From Squalus acanthias (taxonomy: Eukaryota), in NCBI GenBank assembly GCA_030390025.1, contig CM059431.1:144090001-144154000 (forward strand): a stretch of DNA of 64,000 bases, written 5' to 3'. The notes beneath the pieces are model-generated. The model was not told where the DNA came from. It made no database searches and saw nothing but the letters and a program-made list of their open reading frames with translations. Below are positions 51,601-60,605 of this stretch, piece after piece (the stretch's first letter is position 1; each line of letters begins with the position of its first letter). A program made the translations under genes and the position numbers.

Positions 51601-52598
51601 GCTGGCTGGCGGATGGCAGGGCTGTGCCTGGTAAGGTGACCAGAGTCGGGGACCTGCTCAATGGCGGAGTAGCGGGCGGGATGGCGCCGGAGGAGTTGGC
51701 GAGGCGCATGTCCTGGGTGAACGTCCGGCTCGCGGTCAAAGCCATCGAGTCGCTAAAAGTGGCACTGGGCCCCGTCTCCACTAGGTGTTTCGAGGAGGCT
51801 CCAGCACGTGGGACGATCCCGTCCGAACTGACCCCCGTTCGGACGGAATTCCTTATCGGCGCCCGGCCCCGAATCCTCCCTCGGGAGCCGCCGCCTCACC
51901 ACTTGAGCCTTCTCGGAGAAATGCCCTCCGTGCCCTTTCAATCCGCACGGAGGCGTTTCCTGTACGGGCTGCTGCTGCACACTCTCTACTTTGCCATCTT
52001 CGTCTGCCGTCCGGACACGCCTTGGCGTACCATCCTGCCGTCCGGCGGAGGCGGAGATCCCCATTGGAAGGCTGTCTACGCGGGAGTCTTCCCTTGTTCT
52101 ATTGGGGACTTGGCCTGGAGGGTGTTGCACGGAGCAGTCCCGTGCAATGGGATTTTAAATAGGTTTACGGACTCCCAGGCTGCTTGCCATTTCTGCGGCC
52201 TGGAGGAGTCCGTCTTTCACATTTATATTGAATGTGAGAGGTTGCAGACCCTCTTTCATTATTTGAAGGGGCTGCTCCTCAATTTCTGGTTGCACTTCAG
52301 CCCCACGCTCCTGATCTACGGTCACCCGGTGCGGAGGGGAGTGGGTAGGTCGGAGGACCTCCTCGTAGGACTGCTCCTGGGCCTGGCCAAGAAAGCCATT
52401 AATTGGTCCAGGCAGCGGGCGGTAGAGGGGGTCGTTCGGCCCGATTGCCTGCCTCTCTTCCGCGGCCATGTTCGCGCCCGGGTCGCCCTGGAGATGGAGC
52501 ATGCGGTGTCCGCCGGCACGCTTGAGTTTTTCCGCGACCGGTGGGCGCCGTGGGGATTGGAGTGCATCTTCACCCCGGACTTCCAAATTTTAATTTGA
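48697..52598 (+). pseudogene. Tx1 ORF2 (APE endonuclease, reverse transcriptase, C-terminal zinc motif), disrupted
   Basis: SLNING, FLQETH, GDFNC, SRIDR, TDH; KSPGLDG, WRPVSLL, DQEKAFDRV, GVRQGCPMS, YADD; CHFC..H...C; frameshifts near 49420 and 49595, TAA at 50844. Confidence 0.92.
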
Positions 52599-52702
52599 TT
52601 TATTAAGTTTCATTTAAAGTTTTAATTGATTTACAGTAAATTTGGGTTCTGTCCAACCAAAAAGAGGAACACCAGGTTATAGTCCAACAGTTTTATTTGA
52701 AA

Positions 52703-52740
52703 TCACAAGCTTTCGGAGCGGCTGCTCCTTCGTCAGGTGA
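52703..52740 (-). ncRNA. Minimal type I hammerhead ribozyme motif
   Basis: TCAC CTGACGA A GGAGC-AGCC-GCTCC GAAA GCTT GTGA. Confidence 0.75.
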
Positions 52741-54167
52741 AGGAGGAGCAGCCGCTCCGAAAGCATGTGATTTCAAATAAAACTGTTGGACTATAACCTG
52801 GTGTTGTTCGACTTCTCACTTTTGATAGTTTCGGCACCGAATAAAACATTATTGATGATTTGAAAGTGGCGCGCCCGATCCCAGTACTTGCAGTGTAAGG
52901 TGGATTCCTCTGTTGCCTACATGCCCACTGCTGAATCACATCATTGTTATCTTTGATCCCTGAACATGAAATGTGCTGAAATTTCCGGAATAGGTAATGT
53001 TAACTTAGTGAAAGAAGCGAGAAAAACTAAAGTAAAGCAGACATCAAACGCATGCTATAAAATCGAATCAATGTTCACACATGAACTCTCCCACTTCTCA
53101 CATTTTCAGAAAGAAGGACGTTCTACGGTGGAAAAGGAGTTGAAATTGAGCTTCAGTTACGAGGAAGCTTTTGTTTGACTTGATTACTTTTAATCTCATT
53201 TTCTAACGAATCTCAGAATGAGTGTCCAGGGATATTTCACCACAGTCTTCAGCTCTTCTCTGAATTTCCTCTGGGTGGCTGCATAAATACACGGGTTTTG
53301 AAAGCCACTCAAAAACTTCAGCATGGCTCAGGTTTCTGTGGCGATATATCCAGGGTCTGTGCGGTCGCCTCGGTAATAAGTGGTGTTTCCCAGTCTGGTA
53401 GTTAACAAACTCACGGCATTTGTCAGCCACAACAGTATAAAACTGCCCGATATAGTGAAGAGTAAAATGATAGATTTCCTTCGGTTCTACATCTCCGGAT
53501 CACACTGATTCTCAGTCCTGTGACCCCGGAGTTCCCTGCGCGCTCTGCTGGCCACTAATATACGACGGACTGTCAAAGAATTAAACAAGACAATTAAACT
53601 GAAAGGAAGCCAAACAACCCAGGCGCTGTGAAACCAGAGGTAGGCAACACCTGCAGGTGAGGAAAAAAAAGCCACACTTGGACGGCAGCCCCACTGCACC
53701 TTGTTAATTATTTGCTGATGTTCAAATCCAAACAATACGGGGATGTCTTTAAATAAGGTCAGGACCGAGAAGGTTGTTATAATCGCGGCCGCAGTTCTCT
53801 TGGTGCAATATTTTGTCTTAAACTTCTGGCAGCAGAGAACTACAAATCGGTCAAATGTAAATGAGACGGTGAACCAAACAGACAAGTCGAGGGTGACACC
53901 AGTCATGTATAAAATGAATTTACACACCAGCGTGTGAGACAGCAATGAAAGTGGAAAGTGATAACTGTAAATATGATATACTACTACGTTGATGACCATG
54001 ACCAGTAGATCTGCTGTTGCCATGGACACCATGTAGACAGAGATACACTTGGAAAGGCCGCAGTTTCCTCGGGAGAGAATCATAATTGTCATCAAGTTCG
54101 CTGTAAGAAAGAGAAAGGAAATAAATAATTTTACAGTGTCTGCTTGAAATATCAATGGAGATTTATT

Positions 54168-55073
54168 GGCCCTGAATTTCCGATCGGAGGCTTCCTGCGT
54201 GCACACAAAAATCTAGGCTGACACTCCAGTGCAGGACTGAGGGAGCTCCGCACTGTCAGATGTGCCGTCTTTCAGGTGATACGTTAAACCGAGGCACCGT
54301 CTGCTCTCTCAGGTGTACGTAAACGATCACATGATAATATTTCGAAGAAGAGCAGGGGAGTTACCCCCGGTGTCCTGGCCAATATTTATCCCTCAATCAA
54401 CATAACAAACAGATTATCTGGTCATTATTACATTGCTGTTTGTGGGACCTTGCTGTGCGGAAATTGGCTGCTGTGTTTCCCACATTACAACAGTGACTTC
54501 ACTCCAAAAATACTGGCTGCAAAGCACTTTGAGAGGTCCGGTGGCCGTTAAATGCGCTATATAAATGCACGTCTTTCTTTCACACTTTTGACAGATCTCT
54601 AAGCACAGATCTGTCAAAAGTATGAATGGGGATCGCATTTAAAAACACAGTTAAACATTAAATATCTATTTTTAATCACGTATTTAAAATTAGTTAAAAT
54701 TACATTAAATTAAATATTTTAAACGTGGCTTAAAATAAACTTACCTTTTTCGAAAGTATTTTTAAATTAAATATGAGTGAAAAAAAGTATATTTTATTTT
54801 TTTTAAACACTTATGCTGGTAAAAGCAGATCTCACGCCTGCTTTTACCAGTGATAATATTTTGAAAGGTTTTCAGTGGGCGGGAGTTGTGCAGAAAGCGC
54901 AACTACCTGCCCGCGGAGGCACTTTTCCCGTCAGTCGGCTGATCTGTCCAGAGAATTCTTGACAGGTCGCAAGTGCCGGGTTTTAGCGCATGCGCTTCGC
55001 ATGCCTGAACCCAGCAATTGCGCGGCCGCTACACACCTCGTACGCACCTGTGGGGGTCAGAAAATTCCGGCCC
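54168..55073. mobile_element. MITE in the intron of GPCR copy 4
   Basis: TIR GGCCCTGAATTTCC / GAAAATTCCGGCCC; absent from the paralogous intron of copy 3. Confidence 0.75.
54204..54581 (+). mobile_element. 5'-truncated DeuSINE nested in the MITE
   Basis: GCTGACACTCCAGTGCAG...GATACGTTAAACCGAGGC...ATAAATGCACGTCTTTCTTT. Confidence 0.8.
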
Positions 55074-55582
55074 TTTCATTATGGTTATCAACATGGAGCA
55101 GTCTGAGAAAATGATTAGTATTATGACCATTACCTGGGAAACCCACCCACACATTGTAATGAGCTGCTGCAGCGCTCACTCTGCACGGGAGGGCAAGACG
55201 CTCCGGAAATCCGCTCAAATCCTCGTGTTGGAGTTTCAAAGACCATTGTAACTTCAGTAAGGTTATCGGATTAAGGGGACTGCGGAAAGTGCAGACACGT
55301 GGTTCATGAGTTGGTTCCAGTCACTACCAGCTATGTAATGCAGACATCTGGGAGAGACGTCACCTTATCCAGCATGCTGTATGTACATGGATACAGTTAA
55401 CCCCGATTAACAACAAGCAGATTACAATGGCTCACCGGGAACACCGACGGCTGCGAGAAACGGGTAGTAAATCTCTTTGATCAGCAGAATAGCTGGTTGC
55501 CACATTCTCTGTGAGAATAGATGAATTCTGTCGGAGGTAAAGAACTCTGACTGGTGCAAGGCTGAGGCAATGGACGTAAACC

Positions 55583-55653
55583 TATATTTATCCACACATC
55601 AATCCTCCAGGGAGTCAATCAGGTTAAAATATAATTAGCATTAGTTACAGTCA
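55583..55653 (-). promoter_or_regulatory. GPCR copy 4 proximal promoter motif plus TATA-like box
   Basis: TGACTGTAACTAATGCTAATTATATTTTAACCTGATT 55653-55617, GATAAATATA starting at 55592. Confidence 0.6.
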
Positions 55654-55954
55654 TTTAACAAATCGACTCAGCAAGTTGTTTTTCTTACCTGATACGTCAG
55701 ATTAAGAGAAATAAGTGAAATTGTTGTTGGACAGTTTTATAAAATACACAATTAAAAGATTGTTTACGAGTCGGAATTGCAATCTCCCAGTACTGATGCT
55801 GGCCCTATTCTTACGGTCCTGGTGAATGCAGCTCCCCAGGCAATAACCGTCATGACCCTGCCCATGATTCACTCCTAGTGCAGCAACTCCTCCAGAACAG
55901 GCAGTGAATCAAATCCTGCAATACTGGTGATGAGCCCAGTCTGGCAGTATAAGA

Positions 55955-58360
55955 GGAGACAGTGCTCCTCCTGTAATAATGACCCCATACACTTATGCTA
56001 GATGTGTCCGTGCTAGTTCCATGCCTAAACTAGAATTGAACGGGCTGCTATGCTTATAGTGGCAGCAGTACACTAACACTGCTATTTACAGTGCTCCTCG
56101 TGTACTAGTGGAAACCGCCTTCATACACGAGTTGTGAGTGTGTCCCTCCTGTTCAATGCTCCTCCTACACTGACACTAGATGTGACCTTGCTCCTCCTGT
56201 ATAATTGGTACCTTACACTTGCACTATCGGTGACCGTGCTCCTCGGGTACCAATGGTACCCCTATATTGACATTAAGTTTGACAGTGCTCCTTCGGTACT
56301 AGTGGTACCCCTACACTTACACCAGATGTAACCGTGCTCCTCCCGTACTTGTGGTCCCCAAAACATACACTTGATGTGAACGTGCTGCTAAAAAACCGGC
56401 ACATGCACTCTATGTGACCGTGCTTCTCAGGTCCCCGAAACTGACACTATATGTTATTTTGCTCCTCTGGTATTTTTGTACATACACTTATACTAGAGGT
56501 GAGCATTCACTAGTGGAATGTCTACAGTTAAACTTACAGTACACATGCTCCTCTAGTGCTAGTGGTATCAGTACACTAACAATAGAGCAGATATTGCTCA
56601 TCTAGTACTAGTGGTACTCTACAATTACACTAGCGGGAACCCTGCAATTACACTAGATTGGCGCCTGCTGCACCTGTAATAGTAGTTTCAATAAAATTGC
56701 ACAAGCGATCACCGTGCTCCTCCTACACTACTGGTGACCGTGCTCCTCCTACATTAGTGGTACCCTTGCACTTACACTAGAATTGACAGCGCTGCTCCTA
56801 CACTAGTGGTACCCTTACACTAAATATAGTGGTGACCGTGCTCATCCTAAATTAGTGGTAATCTAAATTAAGACTAGAGGTAACCCTGCTCCGCGGTACA
56901 AGTAGTAACGCTACAAATAAATTAGGCGTGAGCACATTACTTTTGTATTAGCGGTACCCCTACAATTACACTAGAGATAATAGTGATACTGCCATATTTA
57001 CACTAGTAGTGACCGTGCCCCTTCAGTACCTGTAGAACACTACACATACAATAGTGTGTACCTGCTCCTCCGGTACGAGTGTTACTCCTACACTTACACT
57101 AGTGGTTAACAAGCTCGTCCTGTACTCGTGGTTCCCAACACTTACACTAGCGATGATGCTGAATCTATGGTACTAGTGGTAGCCTTACTCTTAACAACTA
57201 CAATAACTTGATTTTTTATAGTGCCTTTAACGTCGTAAAACTTCCCAACGCGCTTCACAGGAGCGTTATCAAACAATAATTGACAACAAGATACATAGGA
57301 AAATGTTAGTTTAGATAACCAAAATCGGGCAGCAGCGTTTTTGATGACCTCAAGTTAACAGAAAGTAGAACGTGGAAGACCGGCCAGGAGTGCGTTGGGA
57401 TAGATAAGTCGAGAGGGATGTTCCAGAGGTGGAATTAGGCGGTCTTAGTGATGGTGCAGTTATGTGGTCAGAAGATCATCTCGGGGTCAAATATGACACC
57501 AGGTTTACAAACCATCTGGATCAGCCTCAGACATTTGCCAGGGTGAGGGATGGAGTCTGGTGCTAGGGAACGGTGTTCGTGGTGAGGACCAAAGAAAATG
57601 GTTTTGGTCTTCCATATATTTAGTTCGAGGAAATTTCTGCTCATCCAGTAATGGATGTCGGACAGTTTAGAGATAGATTGGACTTCGACCTCTGTGTGTG
57701 CGCAGAGGTAAGTGTCGTCTGCATACTGTAATTCGACGACAGAGAATGGAGCTGTCCAGAGTGGTGTATGTGTGAAAACTGATGATGTGAATTCGGATGG
57801 GGCACATGTACGCTGACGACACCCAGCTCTACCTCACTACCACATCTCCCGACACCTCCACTACCTCTAAATTGTCATGCTGCTTATCCGACATCAAGAA
57901 TTAGATCAGCAGAACTTTCCTCCAAATCAAGGTTGGGAACACCGAAGCCATTGTCTTCGGTCCCCACCACATACCCCGTTCCCTAGCCACCGACTCAATT
58001 TCTCCCTACATTAAATGTGAGCGTTCTGCTCCTTTAGTACTGGTATCCTACACTTACACTAGATGTGAGCGTTCTCCTCCGTTACTAGTGGCACCTACAC
58101 TTACACTAAATGTGAGCGTTCTCCTCCGTCACTAGTGGCACCTACACTTACACGAAATGTGAGCATTCTCCTCCGTTACTAGTGGAACCTACACTTACAT
58201 GAGAATTGAATGCGCTACTCCGGTATTTCTCGCACCAGAACCTTTACACTAGAGGTGACCGCGTTCCTCCGGTACTAGTGCAACCACTGCACTTCCACCA
58301 GATGTGATCCCGCTCCTCCAATACTGGTGATACACGACACTTACTCAAGAGGTGATCCAT
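55955..58360. repeat. Degenerate ~48-bp minisatellite upstream of GPCR copy 4, split by L2 fragments
   Basis: CACTTACACTAGAGGTGACCGTGCTCCTCCGGTACTAGTGG-like units, reverse complement of the array at 32040. Confidence 0.85.
57195..58005. mobile_element. L2 LINE fragments, partly inverted
   Basis: L2 3' end at 57195 (-); MYADDTQLYL...KTEAIVFG-like segment on + at 57805-57990. Confidence 0.7.
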
Positions 58361-58964
58361 GTGGATCGTGTGGTGGAAATGTCTGGCACTGATTTTCCGA
58401 CGGTCCAAAATATCCAGCACCCGCTCTGCCCGCTGGATGAAAATAGGAATTAAAACGATTGGAATTTCACCCTCTACTGGCCGTATTGCGACTCACAAAC
58501 CTGCACCAAAGAGATGCTGCTTGTTGCTCGGTGGCGGTTGTCAGGAGCGATTGCTATTGGAGCCACTTTATTTGGATTGTGTACTTGGGGAACATTCTTT
58601 CTGAAGAGTCCATGTTTTTTGCCTTTTACTATCTCCAGCTCGTGAACGGTTTCTACATCACCACCGGCGCGGAGGGATTCATTTGGACCCCCCTCTGCAC
58701 CTGTGTCTATGGAGAGCAGGAAGAGGGAAATGATGAGGAGCAGCAGGGCAAACAGGCAGCTGGAGACTCCCTTCAGGAAGAAGTCGCCCAGGAGAGCCCA
58801 GTGCCCGCTGTCAGATATCTGCGACCGCAGATCAGAGGGGGCACCGGAACACAACTAAGATCAGAGACATCTGAAAAATAAAGCAGTCCCGCTATCACGG
58901 AGCTCTCCACCACAACTAACGAGGCTCCCAGCGGAAATCAACCTGATTTTTTTAATACAAACAG

Positions 58965-59230
58965 TTACATAGAAGCTACAGCACAGAAACAGACCATTCG
59001 GCCCCAATGCTCCAGGCCGGTGTTTATGCTCCACAAGAGACTCATCCCACCATACTTCATGTCAACCTATCAGCATATCCTTCTATTCCTTTCTCCCTCA
59101 TGTACCTATCCAGCTTCTGCTTAAATGCATCAAAGCTATTTACCTCAACTAGTCGATATGGTATCGAGTTTCACATTCTCACAACTCTCTGAGTAAATAA
59201 GTTTCTCCTGAATTCCCAATTGGGTTTACT
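58965..59230 (-). mobile_element. CR1 3' end
   Basis: Paralogous to 29350-29615. Confidence 0.75.
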
Positions 59231-60605
59231 GGATAATAATAGGAACCAGCATCCTCAGGCACTGCTGTGATCCAGATAGTTTCACAAACTAAAGCCTGCA
59301 GTTCCCATCCCATTGCTGCATCGAGTTCGTCACCAAATTTCATGCTCCTCCCCAACCCGAGGCGGGGTCCCAATATCGGGCGGCAAATGAGCCATGTGAC
59401 TCCGCTAGCTATTTGATTGGGGAAACCGGGGAAAGCTCTTCCGGCGTCACAGCGGGGTCACTCAGATGGGTGTAATTTCCGGTCACAGTGCACTCGGGAT
59501 GTTTATGAGCCAGGAATGAAATCCAGCCCCCGGGACAAATGTTTGTCTTTCCGTACTCGAGAGTAAAGTAGAGGTTACACAGAGTGCGCAGAGCAAAACA
59601 GGGCGAGGAGGATTCGCATGGAGCAAGAAATCTCGCCCAATGTTCCGTCCATTCATTTTCCTCTCTGTGCACCGCCCAGGCGATCCTTTACTCCCCAGCG
59701 CTATGAGGGCTCATCCGCCCTCAGGGTCTTTCCCTGCCGGTGGGTCACTGTACATGACTAGGGCTGGCGCGTGGCTCTGACGCCCGCTTCTGCACCTGTA
59801 TATTGTAAGATTGATACTTAAGAGCCCTTATTTCACGCTCATCATATCCTCCGAGTCCGACGGCCACCGACTCAATGCTCATTCCATTGTATTTTTTGGA
59901 CTACAGGAAACCCTATGATGCTTTGCTCTGAGTTTTATGGATCCACTGCCAGTGGACTGGGTTCTAGTGACTGAATTGGGCACGTTCATCACTGCATATG
60001 ATTGACCAATAAACCGGGCTCTCTCGAATTTCTAATGACCAGGCGGGGTTTTAGTGTCAACTCCTTCTTCCCCACTGGCCGGTGAATCGCATGCGCTCTT
60101 TATGTGTAACGGTGCGATATTCCGTGTAACACCGCGAGCTGGAGCTGGCCTCATCCACAGGGTAGAGTGTTCTCCACATCTGGATTCTTTCCATCACGCT
60201 CCCGTTCATGGTCAGAGCTATCGTTGCTCCGGTGATCAGTCAATAGGTTATTCTCTTGCTGCAAGGTAGATAATCTGCAACGTGGGATATTAAAGTGAGG
60301 CGTCACTACACCTCCTTTCGTTTTTATCATTATAAGAACATTATAAGAACACTTTCGGTGCCGTTACTTTCCGTCTTCTGTACAGCACAGACCGATTCCG
60401 GCCTGACAAGGTGAACTCTGTAGGGAGTAGTTAAGGGTCCATTAGTTGAGAACAGTCACTGAGCTGTGAGACTCTGGCCCACTGCTAATTACAGGTGAGC
60501 ACGCTGTGAATCGGGATTGGATTCATTTCCTGTACTGAACCAGTAGACTGTGCTGGTCAGCTATTCAGCACAATTAATGGATTCAGTACAACCCAATCCC
60601 ACTGA

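Larger units (their letters stand above)
45517..52667 (+). mobile_element. Near full-length Tx1-clade (L1 group) non-LTR retrotransposon, 7151 bp
   Basis: 15-bp TSD AACACCAGGTTATAG at 45502-45516 and 52668-52682; ~1-kb 5' UTR, ORF1, ORF2, short 3' UTR; CpG-rich. Confidence 0.93.
45446..52820. mobile_element. Short Penelope terminal-repeat cassette (about 210 bp, with inverted partial copy) split by the Tx1 insertion
   Basis: Halves 45446-45516 and 52683-52820; flanked by 11-bp direct repeat TTTGATAGTTT at 45435-45445 and 52821-52831. Confidence 0.8.
53196..55505 (-). pseudogene. GPR139-like GPCR copy 4 (exons 55505-55436, 54100-53196), two nonsense codons
   Basis: Exon 1 MWQPAILLIKEIYYPFLAAVGVP; 324-codon frame preserved, with GAG>TAG at 53489-53487 and GGA>TGA at 53330-53328. 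Confidence 0.88.

Noticed and set aside
47189..52586. Many antisense and alternative-frame ORFs
   Set aside because: Expected shadows of GC-rich Tx1 coding sequence
52741..52770. Fourth hammerhead on + strand
   Set aside because: Has stem II and GAAA but lacks the CTGANGA core
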